Shown piece by piece: positions 9,437-19,330 of a stretch of 64,000 bases of DNA (position 1 is its first letter; each line of letters opens with the position of its first letter). Under the pieces are notes generated by a model. The model did not search any database and was not told the origin of the DNA. It saw only the letters and a list, made by a program, of their open reading frames with translations. This DNA comes from OCS155 cluster bacterium AG-422-J23 (GTDB taxonomy: Bacteria > Actinomycetota > Acidimicrobiia > Actinomarinales > Actinomarinaceae), in assembly GCA_003213625.1 (NCBI GenBank), contig QCMT01000002.1, positions 150,152-214,151 of the forward strand, given 5' to 3'. The position numbers and the translations under genes were made by a program.

Positions 9437-9494
9437 AGGACAAATTAAATAAAAATATTCTTTGTATATTTTTATTTATATAATAGTTTCATTA

Positions 9495-10229
9495 ATGGAT
9501 ACTGTACTAATTCTGAAAACCGAAATTTCTCAAACGTCAGTCAGTGATGTAGTTGAGTTATTACAAAATAAAAAATCAAAAACAGTTGCAATTTGTAATG
9601 CAAATACACTCGTAAGGTCATATAAGAACATAGAAATACAGAATAAAATAAATAATTTTGATATTAAAGCTCCAGACGGTTTTCCAGTAGCAATGTCTTC
9701 AAAAATACTTTATAAAAATGGGCAAAAAAGGGTAGATGGCTTTAATGTTTTTCATGAAACGATTAAAAGTGGTTTAGAAAATAATTTAACTCATTATTTT
9801 TTTGGAAACAATGAACGTGTTGTGTCATTAATGATTGAAAATCTTAAGGAGTTATATCCGGATATATCAATTTCTGGGTTTTATTGCCCTCCAAATTTAC
9901 CTTATGATGAACTTTGTAAAGAAGAATACGTTATGGATTTAATGCAAAAACACCCAGACATAGTCTGGGTCTCTCTAGGGTTCCCAAAACAAGAAGAATT
10001 TATATCCGAAATTGTCAAAAAGTATAAAATAGATTCCAATTTTATTGGAGTAGGCGCAGTTTTTGAGTGGATAGCTGGAACAAAAATTAAAGCCCCTGAA
10101 TGGCTTGCAAACCTTGGTATGGAGTGGGCTTTAAGACTACTTCAGGAACCAAAAAGATTATTTAGACGCTATTTGATTGATAACTTTTTATTTATACTTT
10201 ATTTTATTAAGCAATATGTAAGTAAATAA
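9495..10229 (+). CDS. WecB/TagA/CpsF-family (GT26) glycosyltransferase
   Basis: CNANTLV...APDGFPV...VWVSLGFPKQEEF...IGVGAVFEWIAGTKIKAPEWLANLGMEWALRLLQEPKRLFRRY is typical GT26. The ATG at 9495 is preferred over the TTG at 9462 used by the ORF track. Confidence 0.85.
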   Translation: MDTVLILKTEISQTSVSDVVELLQNKKSKTVAICNANTLVRSYKNIEIQNKINNFDIKAPDGFPVAMSSKILYKNGQKRVDGFNVFHETIKSGLENNLTHYFFGNNERVVSLMIENLKELYPDISISGFYCPPNLPYDELCKEEYVMDLMQKHPDIVWVSLGFPKQEEFISEIVKKYKIDSNFIGVGAVFEWIAGTKIKAPEWLANLGMEWALRLLQEPKRLFRRYLIDNFLFILYFIKQYVSK

Positions 10230-11873
10230 ATGTATAAACTATCAGATTTAATTAATAAATTAGAAAAAATATTAACTAATAAAAATTTATCAGAGACAAT
10301 TTCGTTAAGAATTTCAATCAGCGAAAATTATGATTTTCAGATTAATAATTTAGTAAAACATCAAAACCATCAAGATATTAAAGAAATAACAGAATCATTT
10401 TCTGAAGTGATTAATGACGAACCTTATATAAAAAATTTTGAAATAACTGAAAAGTATTTTATCAATTTAGAAATTGATGTTGATAAATTCATTAACGATT
10501 CAAGAAATTTCAAGCAGGCTATAAAAGATAAAGATTCAAAAACAATTATCTTAGATTATGGAGGTCCAAATATAGGAAAACCACTACACGTAGGACATTT
10601 AAGATCATTAAATTTGGGAAGAAGTCTTTATCAAATTAATAAAGCTGCCGGTCATAATGTTTTGAGCGATATTCATATGGGTGACTGGGGAATGCCAATT
10701 GCACAAATTATTGGATTTATTGATCATAAAAATTTAGATATAGAAAAAGTGGAAATTGATGATTTAGAAAAAATATACCCAGAATCTTCAGCCTTATATT
10801 CTGCAAATAATGATTTTAAAGAAATTGCACAGTCAATAAATAAGGAGTTGAATCAAAATAAAGAAAATGTCTTAAAAAAATGGAAAAAAATAAAAGATAT
10901 TTCCATTGACTCTTTAAAACAAACCTTAAAAATACTAAATCATGATTTTGACTCATGGATGGGCGAAAGTGATGTAAACCACTTAATCCCAAAAATGATT
11001 AATAAATTGAAAAAAAATAAAAAAATTTCATTAGACAATGGTGCATATGTATCTAATTTAAATTCGGATCCTAAAATATTGATTACAAAATCTGATGGTT
11101 CATACTTGTACTTAACTACGGATTTAGCAACAGTTCTAAATAGAATTGAATTAAATAAATTTGATAAGACTCTTTATATTGTTGATAAAAGACAAAAATT
11201 ACATTTTGAACAACTATTTAAATCTATAGATTATTTTGATTTTGGTAATGAGGACTATGAACATATAGCTTTTGGAACTATAAATGATTCAAATGGCAAC
11301 CCTTTTAGAACTAGAGATGGCGATACTAAAAAATTAATAGACCTCTTTGAAGAGGCATCAACATATATAAAAAAAATTAACATTAACTTAGATAAAAAAA
11401 CGAATCAACTTTTGTCAAATACCGTTTTAACTTTCAGTGACCTTATTACAAATAGAATGACCGATTACAAATTTGATTTGGATAAATTTACATCAATTAA
11501 TGGAAAAACTGGAATATATGTTCAGTATGCTCAAGTTCGAGCAAAAAAATTAATTAAAAATTCAGATATTGAGATGAAAAAGTTAACTGTTGATATATCT
11601 AAAATTGATGATAGCGATCTAAATTTAATCAGAGGCTTCATGAAATTTGAAAATTATTTTAATCAAGCAATAAATAATAGCGAACCACATCATCTTGCAG
11701 ATTATTTGTATGAAATTTCAAACCTTTTCAATTCAATGTATCAAAATGTAAATATTTTAGATAATCAAAATAAGGTTGTTAAGAATAATAAATTAATAAT
11801 TTCACAGTATTTTATAGAATATTCAGAGTTTTTAATGGATTTATTAGGTTTAGAGCCTGTTGAACAGATGTAA
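10230..11873 (+). CDS. argS: arginine--tRNA ligase
   Basis: 547 aa. Class I HIGH motif (GKPLHVGHLRS), DGSYLYLTTDLA, FRTRDGDTKKLIDL (the ArgRS equivalent of KMSKS), YVQYAQVRAKK, and the anticodon-binding tail ADYLYEISNLFNSMY. Confidence 0.9.
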   Translation: MYKLSDLINKLEKILTNKNLSETISLRISISENYDFQINNLVKHQNHQDIKEITESFSEVINDEPYIKNFEITEKYFINLEIDVDKFINDSRNFKQAIKDKDSKTIILDYGGPNIGKPLHVGHLRSLNLGRSLYQINKAAGHNVLSDIHMGDWGMPIAQIIGFIDHKNLDIEKVEIDDLEKIYPESSALYSANNDFKEIAQSINKELNQNKENVLKKWKKIKDISIDSLKQTLKILNHDFDSWMGESDVNHLIPKMINKLKKNKKISLDNGAYVSNLNSDPKILITKSDGSYLYLTTDLATVLNRIELNKFDKTLYIVDKRQKLHFEQLFKSIDYFDFGNEDYEHIAFGTINDSNGNPFRTRDGDTKKLIDLFEEASTYIKKININLDKKTNQLLSNTVLTFSDLITNRMTDYKFDLDKFTSINGKTGIYVQYAQVRAKKLIKNSDIEMKKLTVDISKIDDSDLNLIRGFMKFENYFNQAINNSEPHHLADYLYEISNLFNSMYQNVNILDNQNKVVKNNKLIISQYFIEYSEFLMDLLGLEPVEQM

Positions 11874-11982
11874 TTAATTAGGTTTCATTATCAGGCAAAA
11901 ACAAATATGAATGGGAAAAGTTTAAGATTTATAAAGATGCTTGATGCTAATATTGGATTTAAGTGATAATCAAAAATCTTCA

Positions 11983-12846
11983 ATGAAAACAGGTGGAATT
12001 CTTTTAGCAGGTGGAAAAGGGACACGGCTCTATCCAAACACAAAAAATGTTAACAAACATTTGCTTCCAATTTATGACAAGCCGATGATTTATTATTCAC
12101 TCTCGATTCTTTTATTAGCAAAAATTAAAGATATTACCATTATTTGTAATCCTGAAGACGAACCAGATTATAAAAACTTGCTTGGTGATGGTGAAGAGTT
12201 TGGAATTAAGATAACTTATTCAAAACAAGATTCTCCAGAAGGAATTCCACATGCTATAAATACCGCCCTTGCAAAATCTAATTATGAAAGATTTATGGTT
12301 GTTTTAGGAGATAACTTTTTATATGGAAGAGAGTTTTTTAATTCTCTAGAAAATACATTTTATAAATCTCAAGATATATCTATTTATTATCAAAAAGTTA
12401 GAAATCCAGAGCTTTATGGAGTAATCAAATGGAAAGATAACAAGATAGAAGATCTTATTGAGAAGCCAAAAATGTTCATTTCAAACGATGCTGTTATAGG
12501 TTTATACATTTTTGATAAAGAATTTTCTGATCATTTTCAAAAGTTAAAAAAATCTAAAAGAGGTGAGTTTGAAATAATCGATATTATTAAGGAATATAAG
12601 TTAACTAATACAGTAACAAATTATGTTGGTAGAGGAACCGCGTGGTTTGATATGGGATCAAGCGAAGATTTTTTCAATTCAAGTCAGTTTGTGAAAACTA
12701 TCCAAGATAGGCAAGGGTTACTAGTTTGTTCACCTCACGAGATATCATATAGAAATGAATATATCGACATTAAGAATTTAAAAAATTATATGAAAAGCAT
12801 TAATGGATCAGAATATTCTTTAAATCTATCTAGGTCAATTGGTTAA
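11983..12846 (+). CDS. rfbA: glucose-1-phosphate thymidylyltransferase
   Basis: GGILLAGGKGTRLYPNTKNVNKHLLPIYDKPMIYYSLS...LGDNF...GTAWFDMG is the RmlA signature. The ATG at 11983 is preferred over the TTG at 11941. Confidence 0.88.
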   Translation: MKTGGILLAGGKGTRLYPNTKNVNKHLLPIYDKPMIYYSLSILLLAKIKDITIICNPEDEPDYKNLLGDGEEFGIKITYSKQDSPEGIPHAINTALAKSNYERFMVVLGDNFLYGREFFNSLENTFYKSQDISIYYQKVRNPELYGVIKWKDNKIEDLIEKPKMFISNDAVIGLYIFDKEFSDHFQKLKKSKRGEFEIIDIIKEYKLTNTVTNYVGRGTAWFDMGSSEDFFNSSQFVKTIQDRQGLLVCSPHEISYRNEYIDIKNLKNYMKSINGSEYSLNLSRSIG

Positions 12847-13847
12847 TGAAAATTTTAGTAACGGGATGTTATGGTTTTATAGGATTTAACTTTTTAAAAA
12901 AATTAATTAAAGAATATAAAGATGAATTTGAAGTTACTGGTATCGATTTATTAAATAATTCTTATTCAAAATTAAATTATCAACAATTGAATACTGGAGA
13001 GAATTTTGAATTTTTATCTGAGAACATAATTGACATAAATAAAATTAATTTTAAAAAAAATGATTTTGATTTAGTTATCAATTTTGCAGCTGAATCCCAC
13101 GTTGATACATCAATTTACAATCCAGATGTATTTATACAAACAAACGTTCTTGGGGTAAATAATTTGTTAAAGTTTTGTTTAGAAAATTCAGTAAAAAAAT
13201 ATATTCAGATTTCTACTGATGAAGTCTACGGAAGTACAAGAAATCATTATTTTGAAGAAACAGATATATTGAATCCTTCCTCGCCATATTCAGCTAGTAA
13301 AGCTAGTGCGGACATGGTATGCAATGCATACATGAAGACATATGATATGGATATAAAAACGATTAGGCCCGCAAACAATTATGGACCATTTCAACAGCCT
13401 GAAAAATTAATTCCTTTCTCTATCAGTAACATTATTGAAAATAATGAGGTTGAAATATATGGTGATGGCTCAAATATTCGCCATTGGTTGTATGTAAAAG
13501 ATACGGTTGAAGGCATCTTTAAGGTGATTGAAAAAGGAGAAAGTGGAGAGATTTATAATATAGGTTCTGGTATCTATCACAATAACAATGAAATTGCTGA
13601 AAAATTATTATCTAAATTTAATTTGTCTAAGAATTCAATAAAGTACGTAAAAGATCGACCTGGTCATGATTTTAAGTATGCTGTAAATTTTGATAAATTA
13701 AGTAACCTTGGTTGGTCCCCAAAATATGATTTTGAAAACGCTCTTGAAGAAACTACCGAATGGTATCTAGAAAACAAAAATTGGTGGAGTGAAGGCATTG
13801 CTCAAATAAGAAAAAATAGAGATTTAAGATTTAATAAAAAGCAGTGA
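12846..13847 (+). CDS. rfbB: dTDP-glucose 4,6-dehydratase
   Basis: 333 aa. MKILVTGCYGFIGFNF Rossmann motif, AAESHVD, STDEVYG, and YSASKASADMV (the YxxxK catalytic motif). Confidence 0.9.
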   Translation: MKILVTGCYGFIGFNFLKKLIKEYKDEFEVTGIDLLNNSYSKLNYQQLNTGENFEFLSENIIDINKINFKKNDFDLVINFAAESHVDTSIYNPDVFIQTNVLGVNNLLKFCLENSVKKYIQISTDEVYGSTRNHYFEETDILNPSSPYSASKASADMVCNAYMKTYDMDIKTIRPANNYGPFQQPEKLIPFSISNIIENNEVEIYGDGSNIRHWLYVKDTVEGIFKVIEKGESGEIYNIGSGIYHNNNEIAEKLLSKFNLSKNSIKYVKDRPGHDFKYAVNFDKLSNLGWSPKYDFENALEETTEWYLENKNWWSEGIAQIRKNRDLRFNKKQ

Positions 13848-13880
13848 AAAAAATTATTAAATAATTACTAATATTTTATT

Positions 13881-14738
13881 ATGATTCCTTCCATTATTCT
13901 TCATGAAGACTATCAAGATTATCTTGAAATAAATATACAAATTACAGGAAAAAATAATCAAGTATTTCTTTTGGGGAATGAAAGTGTGAAAAATTTAGAA
14001 AAGTATCCAAACGTTGAGTATGTCGATATATCCAAATACGTTAAATCAAAAAGAATTGAAAATTTAAAAAATTATTTTGTCAATTATTCAAATTATGAAT
14101 CCAAATATAGTTTATTTACCTTTGTTAGGATATTGATAATATCTGAGTTTATGGAAGATTTCGGCTTTGAAAAAGTCTTTTCATGTGATTCTGACAATAT
14201 CCTACTCAAAGATATTAACGAATATGGATTTACAAAAGACAGTGCTTTATGCATACCTACTGTTTGGGAGCCATTCTATTTTGCAACAAGTGTACATGCT
14301 GCTTTAATTTCAAAGACATTTTGCCATGAATATGAAAAAATGTACGAAGATGTATTTGTTAACAAATCAAGACTTTCTCTATTTAATGAGAAAATTGATT
14401 TTCACAAAACCAATCCTGGTAGCTTTTGTGATATGACTTTTTATCATTTTTTAAATGATTTAGATTTAATTGAAGCTGAAAATTTGTTAGAAATCAAAAA
14501 TATTAATGGAAAAAATTATGTATTTGTTAATAATTATGCAAATGGAGAAGGACCTAAATCTAGAAATCAATATAAAGTAAATAAAAAAGGTATAAAAATA
14601 TATAAAAATAATAAACTTGGTACGAATACAATTTATGACAATATAAACAAAGAACATTTAAACATTTTTAATATGCACTATCAAGGAAAACATAAAAAAT
14701 ATTTAAAAAACTCATTACTAAAGAAATTGATTTATTGA
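13881..14738 (+). CDS. hypothetical protein, possible GT-A-like transferase
   Basis: 285-aa ORF in a glycosyltransferase operon. The only recognisable element is a DxD-like motif, VFSCDSDNILL. Confidence 0.4.
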   Translation: MIPSIILHEDYQDYLEINIQITGKNNQVFLLGNESVKNLEKYPNVEYVDISKYVKSKRIENLKNYFVNYSNYESKYSLFTFVRILIISEFMEDFGFEKVFSCDSDNILLKDINEYGFTKDSALCIPTVWEPFYFATSVHAALISKTFCHEYEKMYEDVFVNKSRLSLFNEKIDFHKTNPGSFCDMTFYHFLNDLDLIEAENLLEIKNINGKNYVFVNNYANGEGPKSRNQYKVNKKGIKIYKNNKLGTNTIYDNINKEHLNIFNMHYQGKHKKYLKNSLLKKLIY

Positions 14739-14739
14739 A

Positions 14740-16347
14740 ATGATTAAAAATCTAAAAATTCTTTATAAAGATGTCTTAAAAATATCTAAATTGTCAAATG
14801 TTGGAAATAAAAAACTAAGAATTTTTGTCTCAATAGTGTTATCCAATGTGACTGTAGGTTTTGATCTATTAATAATTGTTGTTTTTTCACGAATTCTTGG
14901 TGAAGAGATTACATCAGACAATCAAATTGTTGCATACGTCCTAGATAATCTATTTCTTTTACCAATTATTATTGTTTTGAGATTCATCTCAATATATGTT
15001 GAAAAAACAAATATCCAGCTATTAGTTCTTCAAATAATGGAGAATTTAAAAGATTACATAATAAAAGAAGTTTATAAAAAAGGAAATTTTTCAATTGCAG
15101 ATGCAAGTTTTTACTCCACAACACTTTCGGAACATATTTCAACTTTTTATGGAAACTTAGCCCAAGTCATTAACAACTTGATACAGTTACTGGTTTATTC
15201 TGTTTTCTTAATTTATTTAGATTTAAGAACTTTAAGTTTTTTTATTATCGGTGGAATAGTACTAATTTTTCCAACAAAATATTTTCTAAGTCTTGGTAGA
15301 AAATACATGCACGAAACGTATCTAGTTGCACAAGAAATAATGAGAAATATGCAAAAGGTAATTGATAACATATTTTTAATAAAAATTTTAAAAACATCTC
15401 AATATGAATTTGTGGAATATAAAAAAAATCTTAGTGGGTTTACATCAGCTCAATACAATAATGTAAAATTTGGGATTATAAATAGTTTGGTACCAAACTT
15501 TGCAGCCCTTTTTATTCTGTCAATACTTGTCGCTTTTTTCAATGTAGCTAAAGTTATTTCTCTTGAGTTTCTAGGAGTAACTTTAAGACTTGTTCAAACG
15601 CTTGGCAATGTTAATTTGTCACTCAACCATGTAGTTAATACACAGGTTCATATTGAAAAATTTAACGATTTAGAAAAAGAAATTCCATTTATTCGTGATT
15701 ATTACACTATAAGTGAAGACCTGGGTGAAAGTGCAGTGAAATTAGATGGCATATCATTCAAATATTTCAATAGTGAAATAGAGATTTTCAAAGATTTGAA
15801 TTTAGAGATTAAAAAAAATAAGCACACTGTGATTACCGGTCCAAATGGTTCTGGTAAAAGCACACTACTTGGCCTTATAGCTGGTATATTTTATCCGGAA
15901 AATGGTAGAGTTATTATTTCAACAAGCCAACTTGGATATGTAGGAGTTACACCGTTAATTATTGAGGGAACTCTTAAAGAAAATATTTTATATGGAAATC
16001 AAAAAGAGATATCAGATCAAGAAATTATTGAAGCTGTCAATGAATTTAAACTATTCAATGAAAAAACAACATTAAATCTAGATATGTCAATTTCTAATAG
16101 GACTCTGTCTTCTGGGCAAATGCAAAAAATTTCTTTTATTAGAAGCATTCTATCAGATGCTAAAATACTTCTACTTGATGAATCAACATCAAACTTAGAC
16201 ATTGAAACTAAGAATTTTATATTTAATATTTTAAGTTCAAAAAATATTACGATAATTAATTCAACCCATAATAAAGAAGATTTTCAATATGATCATCACA
16301 TAAAAATTGATGTAGGCGAAGAAAGAAATCTATTTTTTACCAAGTAG
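14740..16347 (+). CDS. ABC transporter, fused permease/ATPase (MsbA/PglK-like exporter or flippase)
   Basis: 535 aa with an N-terminal 6-TM-like domain. Walker A GPNGSGKST, signature LSSGQMQK, Walker B ILLLDEST. Confidence 0.85.
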   Translation: MIKNLKILYKDVLKISKLSNVGNKKLRIFVSIVLSNVTVGFDLLIIVVFSRILGEEITSDNQIVAYVLDNLFLLPIIIVLRFISIYVEKTNIQLLVLQIMENLKDYIIKEVYKKGNFSIADASFYSTTLSEHISTFYGNLAQVINNLIQLLVYSVFLIYLDLRTLSFFIIGGIVLIFPTKYFLSLGRKYMHETYLVAQEIMRNMQKVIDNIFLIKILKTSQYEFVEYKKNLSGFTSAQYNNVKFGIINSLVPNFAALFILSILVAFFNVAKVISLEFLGVTLRLVQTLGNVNLSLNHVVNTQVHIEKFNDLEKEIPFIRDYYTISEDLGESAVKLDGISFKYFNSEIEIFKDLNLEIKKNKHTVITGPNGSGKSTLLGLIAGIFYPENGRVIISTSQLGYVGVTPLIIEGTLKENILYGNQKEISDQEIIEAVNEFKLFNEKTTLNLDMSISNRTLSSGQMQKISFIRSILSDAKILLLDESTSNLDIETKNFIFNILSSKNITIINSTHNKEDFQYDHHIKIDVGEERNLFFTK

Positions 16348-17445
16348 TTTGTTTAGGTCAGTTATTTCTTTACTTAAATAATTTTCAAAAGAATTATTTT
16401 TGAGAATATAGCGGTATGAATTAGTTGAAACCTCTTTCAAATTAACTTCATTACTTTCAAGCCTTTCCAATAATTCAATTAAATTTCCACTCTCAAAGTC
16501 AAATAAAAAACCATTTTTTGTATCTTCAATAATTTCTCTGTGGTTTGGAATATCACTTGCGATAACTATACAACCTCTTGACATCGCTTCAAGCATAGAT
16601 TTTGGATTTCCTTCAAAATATGATGGTATTAAGAAGAATTTATATGATTTGTAAACTTCTAATAGTTCTTCATTATCAACAGGTTGATAAATATTAAGCT
16701 TAACATTATTGTTATTGGCAAATTTAACAAGATTTTTTTTAAGAGATCCTTGGCCAAAAATATCATATATATATTTTGAATTAGAAATTGAGCTGATAAC
16801 ACTTTTATAATTTTTTTGGTGCTCTAACCGTCCAACGGAAAGAATAGTGTTATGTTTTTTGTTTACAGTTTTTACTTCATTTTCTATTTTTATCCAATTT
16901 GGTCTAATCTCGATATTTTTGGCAAAGAATCTTCTTCTAAGTAAGTCATTGTCCGACTTTGATGTTACTGTATAAAGATCTGAATATAGAATACAAAATC
17001 CTGTTAAGAAATAATATAAAATCTTTTTTAGAAAATTTTTTTTGTTTTTAATTGAAAATTCTAATAAATCATAACCCGTTCTAATAAATAGAGGTTTTTT
17101 GTATATTAGTTTTGTTAATAAACCTAGCCAAGATCCAAGCATTTGATTTGTTTTAATAACATCTATATTTTTGAAGAACTGTTTATTTTTAAATAAAAAT
17201 TTAATTGATTGAAAAATAATTTGGATATTGTTTCTTTTTGATTTGTCTGAATCGAATATTGGAAGGTGTTTAATACCATGAGGTTCTAAATCATCTTTGT
17301 AATTTTTATAATCATATGAAACTAAAGTTACATTACTTCCTTTTTTTACAAGTTCTTTGTATAAATTTATTTCACGAGAAAATATACCGCTTTTGATCCA
17401 GTCATTTATGGACGTTTTATATGTGAAAAAAAGGACTAAGTTCAT
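16330..17445 (-). CDS. GT4-type glycosyltransferase
   Basis: 371 aa. FLIPSYFEGNPKSMLEAMSRGCIVIASD is the canonical GT4 E-x7-E block. 18-nt convergent overlap with the ABC gene. Confidence 0.8.
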   Translation of the reverse strand: MNLVLFFTYKTSINDWIKSGIFSREINLYKELVKKGSNVTLVSYDYKNYKDDLEPHGIKHLPIFDSDKSKRNNIQIIFQSIKFLFKNKQFFKNIDVIKTNQMLGSWLGLLTKLIYKKPLFIRTGYDLLEFSIKNKKNFLKKILYYFLTGFCILYSDLYTVTSKSDNDLLRRRFFAKNIEIRPNWIKIENEVKTVNKKHNTILSVGRLEHQKNYKSVISSISNSKYIYDIFGQGSLKKNLVKFANNNNVKLNIYQPVDNEELLEVYKSYKFFLIPSYFEGNPKSMLEAMSRGCIVIASDIPNHREIIEDTKNGFLFDFESGNLIELLERLESNEVNLKEVSTNSYRYILKNNSFENYLSKEITDLNKLLGKK

Positions 17446-17496
17446 ATATTCACTAATTAACTTTTATAATATACTTGTTTAGAAAATTACTTTTCC

Positions 17497-18648
17497 ATGG
17501 AAAAAATATTAATCATACATAATGAATATCAACAAAAAGGTGGGGAAGACGTAGCTGTTAGTAAAGAAATTGAAATTTTAAGTAAGAATTTTAATGTTGA
17601 GACTTTAATTTTTAACAATCAGATTCAAAACTATATATCCTTATTATTTTCATTTTTCTCAATATCAAACCCAAATTCTAATAGACGCTTAAAAGAAAAA
17701 TTAAAATCGTTTAATCCAGACTTAGTTTATATTCACAATACTTGGTTCAAGGCATCGCTTGGAATATTTAAAATTTTACAAAAAGAAAATTACAAAACAT
17801 TTGTAAAACTTCATAACTTCAGATATTTTTGTACAAAATCTTTTCTAAAGTCGAATCATATTAAAAAGGGTTCAATCTGTAATGCTTGTGGTAGCAGTGG
17901 TGAGAATACACTTTTCTTTAATAAATATTTTGAAAACTCATTTTTAAAATCTTTACTTGTCAATCATTATGGAAAAAAGTATTACAAAATACTTAATAAG
18001 GAATTTATCACAAAAATAGTTCTTACAAATCATCATAAAAAATTCTTGTTAGAACTTGGTATTTCAAAAAATGTATATGTAAATCCAAACTTTATTCCTG
18101 ACTTTTCTAAAAATATAAGTGTAGAAAAAGAGAACGTACTTGTATATGCTGGTCGTATTTCTGATGAAAAAGGAGTTCAAGAAGTAATAAGCTCATTTTT
18201 AGATTCTGAACTTGATTCTTTCATTTTAAAAATCATTGGAGTAGGACCAGCTTTAGATAGATTAAAAAGAAAGTATAAAAATAAAAATATTGAATTCTTG
18301 GGTGCATTAGATAATGAAGAAACATTAAATATTATTAGTAAGGCAAAAGCAGTTTTAACAGGAACTAAACTTTATGAAGGACAACCTACACTCCTATGTG
18401 AGGCATCTGCATTAGGAATTGTCTCAATTTTTCCAATGACAGGAGGAATACAAGAATTTTTCCCCACTGATAATTTATTTTCTTTTGAACAATTCAACTA
18501 TAAAGACTTAATTTCAAAAATTAATCTATTAAAAAATGATGATAAAGTGAAAAAACAATCTTTTTCGAATAAAAAATACTTAAATACTTATTTAAGTGAA
18601 GAAAAAATAATCAAAAATCTTGAAAAGGCTTTTTATGAAACAAAGTAA
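17497..18648 (+). CDS. GT4-type glycosyltransferase
   Basis: 383 aa. YAGRISDEKGV and LYEGQPTLLCEASALGIVSI match GT-B/GT4 C-terminal domain motifs. Confidence 0.75.
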   Translation: MEKILIIHNEYQQKGGEDVAVSKEIEILSKNFNVETLIFNNQIQNYISLLFSFFSISNPNSNRRLKEKLKSFNPDLVYIHNTWFKASLGIFKILQKENYKTFVKLHNFRYFCTKSFLKSNHIKKGSICNACGSSGENTLFFNKYFENSFLKSLLVNHYGKKYYKILNKEFITKIVLTNHHKKFLLELGISKNVYVNPNFIPDFSKNISVEKENVLVYAGRISDEKGVQEVISSFLDSELDSFILKIIGVGPALDRLKRKYKNKNIEFLGALDNEETLNIISKAKAVLTGTKLYEGQPTLLCEASALGIVSIFPMTGGIQEFFPTDNLFSFEQFNYKDLISKINLLKNDDKVKKQSFSNKKYLNTYLSEEKIIKNLEKAFYETK

Positions 18649-19330
18649 CACCCTCGTTTCCGTAATTGTAAGCGTTTACAATGGGCAAGATTCAATTAAA
18701 AAATCAATAGATAGTTTATTAAGACAAAATTATGAGTATTTAGAGATTTTGATTATGGATGATGGTTCTAGTGACAGTAGTCTTAAGACTATAAAATTAT
18801 ATGAATCTCAAAACAACAACATAAAAGTTTTTGTAAATCATGAAAACATCGGTTTAACAAAGTCATTAAATAAGTTAATTGATTTAAGCAGCGGTGAAAT
18901 AATTATTAGGCATGACATTGATGATATAAGTAAAGAAAATAGAATTAGTAGGCAGGTAGAAGAATTTTCTAAAAACAATATTGATTTCTGCTTATCAAGA
19001 GCAACACGATTAGACACAAACAGTTTCATTCCAAAATTTTCTTATTATCTTCCTGATAAATTTGTATTAAAATTTAAAAACCCATTTATTCATGGAACTC
19101 TTGCAATTAAAAAAAACGTCTTATTAGAAATTGGGAAGTATGATGAAGACTTCTTTTATGCTCAAGACTATAAACTATTTAGTGATTTAATACTTAAAGG
19201 ATATAAATACAAGGTTCTAAATGAGTCTCTATATTTGTTAAATATGAAAAATAATATTTCATCAAAAAACAGAATACAACAAAATTATTATGCTGAGTGC
19301 GTTCAAAAGGGCTTGAAACCAGAAAAATGA
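18635..19330 (+). CDS. GT2 (GT-A fold) glycosyltransferase
   Basis: VSVIVSVYNGQDSIKKSIDSLLRQNYEYLEILIMDDGSSDSS plus HDIDD (DxD). The ATG at 18635 is preferred over the TTG at 18620. Confidence 0.85.
   Translation: MKQSNTLVSVIVSVYNGQDSIKKSIDSLLRQNYEYLEILIMDDGSSDSSLKTIKLYESQNNNIKVFVNHENIGLTKSLNKLIDLSSGEIIIRHDIDDISKENRISRQVEEFSKNNIDFCLSRATRLDTNSFIPKFSYYLPDKFVLKFKNPFIHGTLAIKKNVLLEIGKYDEDFFYAQDYKLFSDLILKGYKYKVLNESLYLLNMKNNISSKNRIQQNYYAECVQKGLKPEK

Noticed and set aside
9462-9494. N-terminal extensions proposed by the ORF track from TTG or early ATG starts (9462, 11941, 18620, 19297, 20165, 26898, 45892)
   Set aside because: In each case a downstream ATG coincides with the conserved family N-terminus and gives a compact ATGA/TAATG junction or short overlap with the upstream gene. 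The extensions overlap the upstream CDS or look like non-coding translation.
11983-13847. Interpreting rfbA/rfbB as a dTDP-L-rhamnose cluster
   Set aside because: No rfbC or rfbD homolog is recognisable in the window, so rhamnose synthesis cannot be claimed from this sequence.
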